DNA of 64,000 bases from Colwellia polaris (GTDB lineage: Archaea; Nanohalarchaeota; Nanosalinia; Nanosalinales; Nanosalinaceae), in the NCBI GenBank assembly GCA_047617785.1, contig JBLGBK010000003.1, positions 22,853-86,852 on the forward strand, in the 5' to 3' direction. Position 1 is the first letter of the stretch; each line of letters begins with the position of its first letter. Below, one piece after another: positions 54,084-63,917 of this stretch. The translations under genes and the position numbers were made by a program. The notes beneath the pieces are model-generated. The model saw nothing but the letters and a program-made list of their open reading frames with translations, searched no databases and was not told the origin of the DNA.

Positions 54084-55589
54084 ATGAAAGCAAAATTACT
54101 CTCTCTAATATTGCTGCTTTTTGCAGCCTCTGCGGCAGCTCAGGTCACCTATGATATAGATAACGGACTTGAAGAGGCTACCATGTCTGTAGATGTAACT
54201 CTAGACTGTAGCACTATCAATTGTCCTCGTCTGACATGGGGTATGCCATCTGGTTTTGATCTGGTTAGTGTTACAGGTCCTGATGGCGAAAGCCTGGATT
54301 ATAAGGTGTCAGGAGGTCAAGTAGAGATAGATACGGGCCGTTCAGGAGGCAGAGATGAGAAAACAATAACGATACAGTTTAAATCGACTGAAGAAGCTAG
54401 GGAGATATATTCCGGGCTTTACAAGCGGGAGCTCTCTCTTTCAGCTTTTGAAGGAGATACTAGCGGCATAGTTGATAGCGAAAATCTTATCTCTGGCAAT
54501 GTCGGCTACGGATTCCAAACTTCTTATGCGGAAAGACAATACAACTTTACAGGCCGTGGACCGGTCAATATTGATATTAACTTTGGTGAAGGTGAGAAAA
54601 CAGATTACTATGTTCTTTTCGGATCATATGAGGGTTCTAAATCTCTTTCAGGAGTATATGAAATTGTTGCAGGCACAACTGGCAGAGTTCAGAACTATGA
54701 AAGAATCCCTGTAGCAGTTATACCAGGTTCCGTATACAATCAGACTCAAAGCAGTTGGAGTTCTGGTGAGTACGGCGGCGGAACAATCAGGATTCGAGGA
54801 GATTTAGAGGATGATTTCAACAAGACTCTCGCTCATGAAACAGTTCATGCTGTAAATGATGAGATACTTGACTGGGACAGAACTTCCTCATCCTACATTG
54901 ATGAAGGAACAGCTAAATACGTAGATTATCTTGTAGATCGTCAGAGCGTCCCTGTAAATCAGCGAGACCAGAGAATTAGGCGGCTTTTTGGAGAAGAAGT
55001 CAGCTATACGACTACTATAGATGGTCAAAGGTATAAGATAACAAAGCCTTCAAGAGGTGATAGAGAGGTTCTATGGAACTACTATGAGCAGGATGCAGAT
55101 TTTATGAAAACATGGAAGCCTTCTGATGCAGAATACAGGGATTTTGGATATGCCTACTCTGAACTGATTATCCGGCATAATATCTTGGAAAAAGATATGG
55201 AGCTATCTGAAATGTATGATTACTTCCAGATGGATCAGAAAATAAGTGATCCTGAAGTTAAATGGGCCGATCTATCTGAAAACCTAGATTTGACGCCGTG
55301 TAAGACGGATAACAGGACAGAGTTTGATAACTGTCTTGAAGAAGTAAATGACCATTCTCAGTTCACAACTTATACTGCCGAACCTGAGAGAGGGTCCACA
55401 TCTCTGAAAATAGAGAAGAAACAACCTCCAGAAGAGGGAGATATAGAAGATGTAAATGGAACCCTCTTGGGTAATGAAACTGAAGTAGAGGAGCTAGGTA
55501 GCAGGCAGTCATTTGCCTCTTTCGTAACAGATTTGGTGCGGTATATTCTGGAGGGAGTTTCAAATTTTGTAAACAGCAATGTGGAGTAA
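54084..55589 (+). CDS. Secreted gluzincin-type zinc metallopeptidase
   Basis: Sec signal (MKAKLL...SAAA), HETVH-X18-E (DEGTA), downstream YAYS. Confidence 0.8.
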   Translation: MKAKLLSLILLLFAASAAAQVTYDIDNGLEEATMSVDVTLDCSTINCPRLTWGMPSGFDLVSVTGPDGESLDYKVSGGQVEIDTGRSGGRDEKTITIQFKSTEEAREIYSGLYKRELSLSAFEGDTSGIVDSENLISGNVGYGFQTSYAERQYNFTGRGPVNIDINFGEGEKTDYYVLFGSYEGSKSLSGVYEIVAGTTGRVQNYERIPVAVIPGSVYNQTQSSWSSGEYGGGTIRIRGDLEDDFNKTLAHETVHAVNDEILDWDRTSSSYIDEGTAKYVDYLVDRQSVPVNQRDQRIRRLFGEEVSYTTTIDGQRYKITKPSRGDREVLWNYYEQDADFMKTWKPSDAEYRDFGYAYSELIIRHNILEKDMELSEMYDYFQMDQKISDPEVKWADLSENLDLTPCKTDNRTEFDNCLEEVNDHSQFTTYTAEPERGSTSLKIEKKQPPEEGDIEDVNGTLLGNETEVEELGSRQSFASFVTDLVRYILEGVSNFVNSNVE

Positions 55590-55661
55590 ACTTACGGCTC
55601 TTTTTCCTTCTTTAACGAGTGCCTGTTTAATAAGCTCAATTAATTTAATGAAAAATCATAG

Positions 55662-56606
55662 ATGAACGATCGCTTCCGCAGAATTATGGATACTTATCTT
55701 AAGGGAATGGCAATGGGAGCAGCAGATGCAGTTCCGGGCGTCTCTGGAGGAACTATCGCTCTTATAACGGGTATATACGAAAGACTGATTGATGCGGTAG
55801 CGGGATTGACCGGTCAAAAATTAATTTATACAGCTAAAATACTAGATAAAGATCGCCAAAGTTTCTACCGACAACTGAAGGACCTTGAAATCCCTTTCCT
55901 CACTGTACTGGGTGCAGGAGTCCTATCCTCTCTGCTTATAGTACTCAATCTGATGCATTATATGATATCAAGTTTCCCTGTGGAAACCTACGGTTTCTTT
56001 TTCGGTCTTATAGCTATCTCTGCGCTTGTACTTTACAGTGAAGTTGATCTAAGCTCTTTGAGAAGTAAATTAGCAGGTTTAACAGGATTTATGGCTGCAT
56101 TTCTACTTTCGGGCTATGCGGCTACATCGATAGGCAACAGTCTTCCCGTAGTTTTTCTATCAGGGGCTGTTGCGGTAAGTGCCATGATACTTCCTGGTAT
56201 ATCCGGATCCCTTATCCTCGTAATCCTTGGACAGTATGAATACATGACTGCAGCACTCTCACGTTTCACAGATGCAGTAATTAATATACGAGAAGCAGGA
56301 GTAGGCAATGTTGCTGAGAATGCGCCTCCTGTAGTAGTATTCGTTTCTGGGGGAGTAGTAGGTCTGCTATCTATAGCTCACTTGGTAAAGAAGGCTCTGG
56401 ATAAATACAGGAAAGCCACAATGACGTTTCTCGTCAGTATGATAGTAGGTGCTTTAAGAGCTCCTGTAGAAGAAGTAAATGTTCATCTAGCAGAGCAAGG
56501 CGTAGAATGGATAACTGTATTGCCAGAATTTATATCCGCAGCAGTTTTAGGAGGCATAATGGTATTTATCCTTGATTACAGAACTTTATCGGATTCTATA
56601 ACGTAG
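55662..56606 (+). CDS. DUF368 family membrane protein
   Basis: KG.AMGAAD.VPGVSGGTIA..TGIYERLI and AMILPGISGS repeats. Confidence 0.93.
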   Translation: MNDRFRRIMDTYLKGMAMGAADAVPGVSGGTIALITGIYERLIDAVAGLTGQKLIYTAKILDKDRQSFYRQLKDLEIPFLTVLGAGVLSSLLIVLNLMHYMISSFPVETYGFFFGLIAISALVLYSEVDLSSLRSKLAGLTGFMAAFLLSGYAATSIGNSLPVVFLSGAVAVSAMILPGISGSLILVILGQYEYMTAALSRFTDAVINIREAGVGNVAENAPPVVVFVSGGVVGLLSIAHLVKKALDKYRKATMTFLVSMIVGALRAPVEEVNVHLAEQGVEWITVLPEFISAAVLGGIMVFILDYRTLSDSIT

Positions 56607-57824
56607 AATCGCCGCTATTCCTCCCATATTAAGAAGTCTTTTACCTTCTTCATGATCGCTGGAGATAATCTCCAGGTCGCTGGACATTTCCTCAGCTTTT
56701 TCCCCAAGTGCATCAACTATATCCCCGATCTCCTTTAAGTCCATGTCCTCGCCGCATTCAGGGCATTCGATATCGTCATCTATCTCTGCTTTCTCCTCAA
56801 ATATCTTGTGTTCGTGCCCGTTATCGCATTCATAAGCTGCTTCGTAAAGATCAACATCTTCAGAAACCAGTATTGTGTCGACAGCTCCGATTTTAAGAGC
56901 CTCTTCAACTTGCTCGATCCCGTATTCCGACTTGCCGTTATCCTTTTTCAGGTTCTCGAAGAAATTGTTCACGAGGTTGCGCTCCTTCACAACCTGGCTG
57001 TCCTCAATTGACTCTTCAGCTTTGTCAACAAGCCTTGAGAGGCCAGCTTCCCCGGATACATCTAGGGATTTAGTATCGATTATTTCATCCTGCAACGCTT
57101 GATGAAGGTGGTCATCGTCAACAAGCTTGTCCTTAACAAAACCAGGTCCTCCAATCAGGATGCCCAGTAGCTTATCGTCTCTTGCCTTCTTCATGAACGC
57201 ATTCTTTGCTTTCTCAGCTATCTCATCTAGGAAGGTCTTAAGCATTTCTTCTCTTAGACGTGAGAAACGCTGTGCGGACTGCCCTCCAGCCTTTGTCTTG
57301 CCCGGGACATTCGACTCCAGAGTATAGGCTGTTTTGATGCTTGAACCTTGTAGATATCCGATGGCTGCCTCGTTTTTGTCCGCTACAATTAAACCATAGA
57401 CTCGGTCATCAACAACCATCTGTTTTAGAGGCTCTAAAACGAATTCTTTGTCACAACGATAGTGTCGGGATTCGATCGGTTGTGGTGGGTGTACTTCCCA
57501 TATCTGTATATCGGGGCGTCCTTCCTGTTCAGATACATTGCCTGCGAAGAAAGCTACACCGTTTTCTGGTGTTTGCTGCTCTTCTTTCACCTTTCTACCT
57601 ATTTTTCCAAGTGCATCTTGAACATTGTTCCGCGTATGTTTTGACTTGATGTTCTCGGCTTCGGACTGTTCAGAAGTAATGAACTCTGAGATGCTGGCCA
57701 TATCATAACCCGCAGGAATATATAGAGAAACTAGTTCCGTATTCCTGCCTCTGATATCCTCCAGCTCCTTAATCAGCTTCTTCAACTGATACTTGTTCAT
57801 TCCCGGGTTTTCGTCTTCGCTCAT
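56586..57824 (-). CDS. prf1: Peptide chain release factor aRF1
   Basis: TELVSLYIP, NIKS, YRCD, GGQSAQRF, GGIAAILRY. Confidence 0.97.
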   Translation of the reverse strand: MSEDENPGMNKYQLKKLIKELEDIRGRNTELVSLYIPAGYDMASISEFITSEQSEAENIKSKHTRNNVQDALGKIGRKVKEEQQTPENGVAFFAGNVSEQEGRPDIQIWEVHPPQPIESRHYRCDKEFVLEPLKQMVVDDRVYGLIVADKNEAAIGYLQGSSIKTAYTLESNVPGKTKAGGQSAQRFSRLREEMLKTFLDEIAEKAKNAFMKKARDDKLLGILIGGPGFVKDKLVDDDHLHQALQDEIIDTKSLDVSGEAGLSRLVDKAEESIEDSQVVKERNLVNNFFENLKKDNGKSEYGIEQVEEALKIGAVDTILVSEDVDLYEAAYECDNGHEHKIFEEKAEIDDDIECPECGEDMDLKEIGDIVDALGEKAEEMSSDLEIISSDHEEGKRLLNMGGIAAILRYRIR

Positions 57825-57850
57825 AAAAGTAAGAAGTGAAGTGAATTCTT

Positions 57851-58594
57851 TTAACTCAAATCAATACGTTCGCGAGAGACCTCTAGGTAGTCCGGATCGC
57901 TGCAGAAAATCTCCATACACTTCGTACCATCAAAATCTTCAAGCATATTGTACAGCTCGCCGAACTCTATATCCCCAACGCCTATAGGCAAGTGCAGATC
58001 CTCTCCTTCACGTGTATCTTGGATGTGCAGATGAGAAATTACTTCCTCAAATTCGGCTAGGAACATATCAAGCTCTTCCTGCCCGACTTCTGCAAATCCG
58101 TGACCGGTGTCAAGACACATTGAAAAATCCTCTTCACGGCAAATATAGCCTAGCTGGAAGAGATCCAGTCCGTATATTGAGCCTATATTCACGTTCTCAA
58201 AGCAGATCTCGACCCCGTGATCATCACCGAGCTCGTTTATCATATCCAATTGGTTCACGATTTCCGGTACATGTTCCTCGATCTCTACAGTGTATCTGCA
58301 GTCTACGTGTACAACTGCCTTTTCCGCATTCAGTTCGCTGGAAAACTCCAGCAGGCGGTCGAAGTAAACAAGTAGAGACTCGTCAAACTCTTCTACACCT
58401 GTGTAAACAGGTTGACGGAAAGGAAGGTGGATCACAAGATCCAGGTCTTTTTCCTCCAGATCCGAATTTATTTCCTCTGCGTCTAGCTCTTCAACCGGTA
58501 TTTCACCTTCCCCGATCGCTAGCTCAACGAAGTCGTATTTTCCATCAACTTCGGAGATTTTCTCTGGTTGTGGGCCTATGGAGATACCAGTCAC
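57851..58594 (-). CDS. Sugar phosphate isomerase/epimerase-like TIM barrel (AP endonuclease 2 superfamily)
   Basis: H.P, V.H, FEN, LDTGH, HLHI.D, D.HLP.G.GDI, E metal ligands. Confidence 0.85.
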   Translation of the reverse strand: MTGISIGPQPEKISEVDGKYDFVELAIGEGEIPVEELDAEEINSDLEEKDLDLVIHLPFRQPVYTGVEEFDESLLVYFDRLLEFSSELNAEKAVVHVDCRYTVEIEEHVPEIVNQLDMINELGDDHGVEICFENVNIGSIYGLDLFQLGYICREEDFSMCLDTGHGFAEVGQEELDMFLAEFEEVISHLHIQDTREGEDLHLPIGVGDIEFGELYNMLEDFDGTKCMEIFCSDPDYLEVSRERIDLS

Positions 58595-61185
58595 TTGACA
58601 ATCACCAGTAGATTATCTATTTCAAGCATCTGTCCTTGACCAGTGTAGGTTCTTTCTTCTTCAACTTCGTACATCTCCGGTGCGAGATGTTCGCCTGCTG
58701 CAACAAGTTTTCCTGCATCGATGCTGTACTCATTGTTCTCTAGAGCATCTTCGATCTCTGAGACTTTATCTCCGTATTTTGGACCTGCCTCACTGTAGTC
58801 AAGGCTGATTTCAACAACCTTCTTCTCTGTTTCCGGTTCTTCTTCAAGTGTTTCAAGGTTTTCGACATGCATCACGCTCTTGATGGCGTTTTCGAAGCCT
58901 TTGATGTCTCCATAGACTTTGACTTCCTCCAGTGTCTCGTTCAGTGACATCTGGTTGCTGGTCTTGTATTTTCTGAGGCGGGAGATAACTTTCATTGCGT
59001 TCTCTCCTCTTTCTGTCTTCATTTCGACTCCGCGTGTTTCTGGCCATTCTGAGTTGTGGATGCTCTTGCTGCTGTACATTTCTTGCCAGATTTCCTCTGT
59101 TACGTGTGGTGTTATTGGTGCGAACAGTTTCAGGAATGTTTTGTGTGCTGTTCTCAGTGCGTGTTCTGTTGAACGGTTGTCTTCTTCGTCCAGTTTCTGC
59201 TTTGCAATCTCTAGGTAGTCATCGCAGAATGTGTTCCAGAATAGGTCTCTTGTTTTTTCAAGTGCTTTGGAGAACTCGTATTCCTCGAAGTGCTCAGTGA
59301 CTTCTTCAACCAATTCGTCCAGTTCGGCGAGTATCCACTGGTCGACAGGATCAAGATCTTCGACTTCTAGATCGGCTTGATCCATAGATGCTAGTTCGTC
59401 AACCAGCTTGGAGGCGTTCCACATCTTTCTCAGCAGTTTCTCTCCGGATACAAGGTCTTTCTCGCTGAAGGCCATGTCTTCTCCTACGGATGCTCCTGCA
59501 CTCCAGTATCTTGCTGCATCGACAGGGTAGTCTTTGACGACGTTCTGCGGTAGAACGACGTTTCCACGGCTTTTACTCATTTTCTCCCTGTTCTCATCTA
59601 GGATGTGGCCGTTGATCATAACTTCGTCGAAGGGAACCTCTCCTGTGTGCTCCAGGCATTTGACTACTGTGTGGAATAGCCAGAAGCTGATGATATCGTG
59701 TCCTTGAGGTCGGAGATTCATCGGGTAGAGTTCGTCTCTCTCCATTGCGTATTCTTCCTCTTCTGGATTCCAGTGCCATCCTGCGTTGACCAATGGTGTT
59801 AGTGAGGAGGTTGCCCATGTATCGAAGACATCTTCTTCTGCTTCGAAAGCTGTTGAACCACATTCAGGGCATTCATTGACAGAGGGATCATCTGCTATCG
59901 GATCGACAGGTAATTCTTCCTTGTCTGCGATGATTTCTTCACCACAGTCTTCACAGTACCATACTGGGAATGGTATTCCACTGTCTCGCTGACGTGAGAT
60001 ACACCAGTCCCATTCAAGTCCTTCAATCCAGTGCTCGTACCGTGTAAACATTTTCTCAGGGTGCCAATCTAGCTCTTCGCCTGCTTCCAGATATTTATCC
60101 TTGTTTTCAAGGATTTCAACGTACCATTGCTCCTTTACCAGGAATTCAATTCCTGTATCGCAGCGTTCGTGAACCTTGATTGTATGGTTGATCGCTCTGC
60201 GGTCGATAAGCTTTCCTGATTCGTCAAGGTCGTCAACTATTTCTTCGCGTGCTTCTTCTGTGGATAGGCCTTTATATTCTCCGGCTACGTCCGTCATTGT
60301 TCCAGATTCGTCGATTGCGATCCGCAGATCGAGGTCATGCGCTTTGTACCATTCGATATCCATTTCGTCTCCGAATGTACAGCACATAACGACTCCTGTT
60401 CCTGTTTCTATATCGACACGGTCGTCTTCAATTATAGGTACTTCGTGACCGAAAAGAGGCACAACTGCGTCTTCACCAGCTAGGTGGCTGTTCGCTTCGT
60501 CATCTGGATGGACGAATATTGCGACACATGAAGGTAGTAGTTCTGGTCGGGTGGTTGAAATTACGATTGATCCATGTCCTGTAGCTAAATCGAACTCGAT
60601 ATCGTTGAAGTGGGAGTCTTCGTCAAGCCCTTCCATTTCTACTTGGCTGATTGCCGTCTCACATTCGGGACACCATATTGCAGGTGCTTTCTCGCGGTAC
60701 TCCTTTCCCTGCTCATACAGATCGATGAATGAGAGCTGACTGACTTCTTGTACTTCCGGTTGAATAGTCTTGTAAGTGTTGTTCCAGTCCATAGAGAAAG
60801 CGAACTTCTTCATTATGTCCTCGAAGTTTTGTTCGTATTCCTTACATACCTCTCTAACTTTTTCCTGAAAATCTCTTCGGCTGAAATCTTGGTGGCGTAT
60901 ATCCAGTTCTTTTTCAGTTAGACGTTCGCTTGCGATTCCGTTGTTGTCGTATCCGAACGGGAAGAAGACGTCTTTTCCTCTCATGCGCTGGAAACGTGCT
61001 TGGAAATCGGTTAGAGTGTTTCCATATGTGTGACCGAAGTGCAGGCTTCCAGATACTGTTGGTGGGGGTGTATCTATACTGAATACTTCTTTATCGTTGT
61101 CCTCCTTGTATTCGTATGTCTGGTTTTCCTGCCATTTGTGGCGCCATTTGTCTTCGATCTTTTCTGGTGTGTAATCTCCTTCCAT
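58591..61185 (-). CDS. valS: Valyl-tRNA synthetase
   Basis: IDTPPPTVSG.LHFGH, TTRPEL, GTG.VMCCTFGD, DWCISRQR, KMSKS. Confidence 0.97.
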   Translation of the reverse strand: MEGDYTPEKIEDKWRHKWQENQTYEYKEDNDKEVFSIDTPPPTVSGSLHFGHTYGNTLTDFQARFQRMRGKDVFFPFGYDNNGIASERLTEKELDIRHQDFSRRDFQEKVREVCKEYEQNFEDIMKKFAFSMDWNNTYKTIQPEVQEVSQLSFIDLYEQGKEYREKAPAIWCPECETAISQVEMEGLDEDSHFNDIEFDLATGHGSIVISTTRPELLPSCVAIFVHPDDEANSHLAGEDAVVPLFGHEVPIIEDDRVDIETGTGVVMCCTFGDEMDIEWYKAHDLDLRIAIDESGTMTDVAGEYKGLSTEEAREEIVDDLDESGKLIDRRAINHTIKVHERCDTGIEFLVKEQWYVEILENKDKYLEAGEELDWHPEKMFTRYEHWIEGLEWDWCISRQRDSGIPFPVWYCEDCGEEIIADKEELPVDPIADDPSVNECPECGSTAFEAEEDVFDTWATSSLTPLVNAGWHWNPEEEEYAMERDELYPMNLRPQGHDIISFWLFHTVVKCLEHTGEVPFDEVMINGHILDENREKMSKSRGNVVLPQNVVKDYPVDAARYWSAGASVGEDMAFSEKDLVSGEKLLRKMWNASKLVDELASMDQADLEVEDLDPVDQWILAELDELVEEVTEHFEEYEFSKALEKTRDLFWNTFCDDYLEIAKQKLDEEDNRSTEHALRTAHKTFLKLFAPITPHVTEEIWQEMYSSKSIHNSEWPETRGVEMKTERGENAMKVISRLRKYKTSNQMSLNETLEEVKVYGDIKGFENAIKSVMHVENLETLEEEPETEKKVVEISLDYSEAGPKYGDKVSEIEDALENNEYSIDAGKLVAAGEHLAPEMYEVEEERTYTGQGQMLEIDNLLVIVK

Positions 61186-61433
61186 GTGTTTAACAGCCTC
61201 GCTTGAATGAATTGAGTTGGGGGTTAAACGGTTTTAACGCTTTAGAAATCTGCATAGAAACTGTAGTTGAGAACTTCATAGTATAATTTATAGAAAATGG
61301 TAAACAGGAAATAGTTCTAGAAAGCAGCAGCTGGCCGTACAAAACGTCCACCTTTCGCCTCAAGGCCAGCAACCCTGTTCATTACAGAACTGTATCTGTA
61401 GCTCAATAGTTTAAAATATTTCGCCGAATTCCT

Positions 61434-62213
61434 CTAGAAATCTGCCAAACTTCTGTCGCCAGGGTACTCCATATTGTCCGTTGCAAATATTACTTTCTGG
61501 CTGATCTCATCTTCCAACCACTGTTTCTGTTCATCAAGATCTGATTCGAGGAACTTGTAGCCGAAATGAGTAATCAGAATAGTTGAAGCATCGGTTTCCT
61601 CAGCTATACTAGGGATGTCGCTGAGATGCGTATGTCCTTTGAAATCTTCTCCTCTTGGGTGGGTGCAGTAGACTACCAGGGTATCGCAGTCATCGTAAAA
61701 AACGGTTAACTCATCTGAATAATCTGTATCAGTCCAGAAGCCAATTTTATTATCTTCGTCTTCAAGTGTGAATCCTATTGTCTTTGGGTCGCTGTGAAAC
61801 ATCTCTTGCGTCTCGATCTCTAGATCTTTGAACGTGTAGCTATCTTGCTCTCCCATTATCTCGAAGTTAACGCACAGGTTCTTGTGGTAGCGTGAAACTA
61901 CTTTATCTATGTCGCTATATCCTTCCATCGCTGTCTGGTTGCCGATGACTGTTCCTGGAAAGTCGTTAATCTCAGTGATCTGCTCTATTATACAGTTCAC
62001 ATCGTTTGAGTGATCGGGATGGTTGTGAGAAACCAGTACGGCTTCAGTTTCTTCCGGATTATCTAGTTCCTGGTTTGAGTATACAAGCGCTCCTGGACCG
62101 GGATCTATGTGTAACTGTGTCTTTTCTGTCTTTACTACTACTCCTGCAGTTCTTCTTTTCTGTTCTCCAGTTACGTATCTTCCGCCACCAGTTCCCAGGA
62201 ATTTCAACTTCAT
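61434..62213 (-). CDS. Metallo-beta-lactamase fold hydrolase
   Basis: FLGTGGGR, IDPGPGAL, SHNHPDH, THFG. Confidence 0.9.
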   Translation of the reverse strand: MKLKFLGTGGGRYVTGEQKRRTAGVVVKTEKTQLHIDPGPGALVYSNQELDNPEETEAVLVSHNHPDHSNDVNCIIEQITEINDFPGTVIGNQTAMEGYSDIDKVVSRYHKNLCVNFEIMGEQDSYTFKDLEIETQEMFHSDPKTIGFTLEDEDNKIGFWTDTDYSDELTVFYDDCDTLVVYCTHPRGEDFKGHTHLSDIPSIAEETDASTILITHFGYKFLESDLDEQKQWLEDEISQKVIFATDNMEYPGDRSLADF

Positions 62214-62507
62214 ACAGTCTATCTAGTGTTTTATTTTCAAAAAACCGTCAGTAAAGCACTGGCTTGAAGTTGGATTGGGCGGTTACAGACTTGACTATGT
62301 TGTCGGATCTTCCAACAGTTTCTGGAAATTTCTGGATGCTCGCGATATGAACAGAATAATCTATCAGTTTGACCAATATAAAGAGAAAATCCCAAGATGC
62401 GTTCAAGATTATGCGCGAACAAGGTCAGCAGATTCTTACGGAAAGAGATTAGGAAGAAACATTTCTAGTGGCTATGTTTTTTACTTTTAGAGGCGGGTTA
62501 AATCTAT

Positions 62508-62816
62508 ATGGAGTGCAGCCCTGAACTTGAGGAGGTCTTGAAAGTAGTTTTTAATTTGAATTCGCGCGAAATAGATATTTTGATGGTTCTTTGTGATTGT
62601 AGCTTGATGGTTCAGGATATTGAGGCGGAGGTTGGGTTGGAGAGAAGTACTGTTCAGAGATATCTTTCTTCTTTGAAGAAGACAGGTCTAGTGAAGGTCT
62701 CTAAAGAAGGCCGAAAGCATGTTTATGAGGTGGATAAGTCTGAGTTGAAAGATCAGGCCCATAATCGTCTTGAGGAGTGGTGCGATGAAAAGGACGAGGC
62801 CATAAACCAGATTTAA
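62508..62816 (+). CDS. Winged-HTH transcriptional regulator (TrmB/ArsR-like), Cys-containing
   Basis: VFNLN..E, ERSTVQRYLSSLKKTGLV HTH; Cys at MEC, LCDC and WC. Confidence 0.85.
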   Translation: MECSPELEEVLKVVFNLNSREIDILMVLCDCSLMVQDIEAEVGLERSTVQRYLSSLKKTGLVKVSKEGRKHVYEVDKSELKDQAHNRLEEWCDEKDEAINQI

Positions 62817-62821
62817 TGTTT

Positions 62822-62850
62822 ATAAATGTTCAACAATTATACACATTTAT
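62822..62850. promoter_or_regulatory. Palindromic candidate operator overlapping glutaredoxin TATA box and start
   Basis: ATAAATGT-N13-ACATTTAT perfect 8-bp inverted repeat; left arm overlaps TTTATAAA, right arm overlaps the ATG. Confidence 0.4.
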
Positions 62851-63094
62851 GAGTAAAATAGAGGTATTTACGACACCGACCTGCCCATACTGTACAAAAA
62901 TCAAGCAATGGCTCGACGAAAACAACTACGAATACGAGGAACATGATGTTGCCTCCGATCAAGAAAAAGCAAAGAAAATGATTCAAAAAACAGGTCAGAG
63001 AGGAGTTCCACAAACATTTGTAGGTGATGAAGCAATTGTAGGTTTCCAGCCTCAGAAAATAGAAAAAGCAATAGACCAGAAAATCAAGGGTTAA
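62849..63094 (+). CDS. Glutaredoxin (NrdH/YruB-like)
   Basis: TPTCPYC, GQRGVP, IVGF; start moved to ATG 62849. Confidence 0.92.
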   Translation: MSKIEVFTTPTCPYCTKIKQWLDENNYEYEEHDVASDQEKAKKMIQKTGQRGVPQTFVGDEAIVGFQPQKIEKAIDQKIKG

Positions 63095-63164
63095 GACTCT
63101 TTTTCTCTTCTCGAGCTTGTTTTAAATTTCTCTTTAATTCTTTCTTTAACGTGATATTCAACCA

Positions 63165-63917
63165 ATGAAAGCAACTACAAAAGGTCAAGGACAACCTGAA
63201 CTAACAGTTATTGGATCGCTGCATGGAGACGAACCTGCAGGTATGAAAGCAATTGAAAAAATACTTCAAACCGATATAGAATTTCTCAAGCCTGTAAAAT
63301 TCATTATAGCTAACGAAGAAGCGCTGGAGGAAGAAGAAAGATACCTAAAAACAGATATTAATAGATCTTTTCCGGGTAATCCTGAAAGCAATATTCATGA
63401 GGAAAGACTGGCTGCAGAACTGCTTGAAGAAATAGGTGACACTAAAGTTCTAGATATACACACCACACATTCTTATCCAGAGCCTTTCGCAGTAATCAAA
63501 AGCACAGAAGACGAAGTAATTGAACTAGTGAATGCATGCAATGTAGAAAACGCAGTATACTTTCCAACGCAATCAGGAAACATTCAGGAATTCGTTACAG
63601 GTGTAACAATAGAAACAGGTTACCAAAGAACAGAAAAAGCAGCTGAAAATGCGGTTGACACCATTAAGAACTTTCTTGCATATCATGGGGCAATAGATCA
63701 AGATTACTCTACTTCGGAACCTCGGATATTCGAATACACTGAAACAGTTGAAGGAGATTGGACGTTTAAAGCGGAAAATTTCCAGAAAGTCAAAAAAGGC
63801 GAAGTATATGCAGAAAAAGACGGAGAATCTCTAGTAGCGGATCATGATTTCTACCCTGTGCTCATGTCAACAAATGGATATGAAGGTCATCTAGGATACA
63901 AAGCCAAGAAGCTTTGA
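63165..63917 (+). CDS. Succinylglutamate desuccinylase/aspartoacylase family (M14) hydrolase
   Basis: HGDE, D.NRSFPG, LDIH, IETG. Confidence 0.9.
   Translation: MKATTKGQGQPELTVIGSLHGDEPAGMKAIEKILQTDIEFLKPVKFIIANEEALEEEERYLKTDINRSFPGNPESNIHEERLAAELLEEIGDTKVLDIHTTHSYPEPFAVIKSTEDEVIELVNACNVENAVYFPTQSGNIQEFVTGVTIETGYQRTEKAAENAVDTIKNFLAYHGAIDQDYSTSEPRIFEYTETVEGDWTFKAENFQKVKKGEVYAEKDGESLVADHDFYPVLMSTNGYEGHLGYKAKKL

Noticed and set aside
463-60739. Many antisense or alternative-frame ORFs in the track (e.g. 4330-4854, 6326-6889, 9057-9473, 58012-58611)
   Set aside because: They overlap well-supported genes and are Ser/Leu/Phe-rich, the expected shadow of acidic proteins on the other strand
61303-61330. 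CAGG...AAGCAGC resembling SRP helix 8
   Set aside because: Intervening bases do not form the short stem with GNRA loop
61190-61372. 60-aa minus-strand ORF upstream of valS
   Set aside because: TTG start, non-acidic composition, runs through the likely valS promoter
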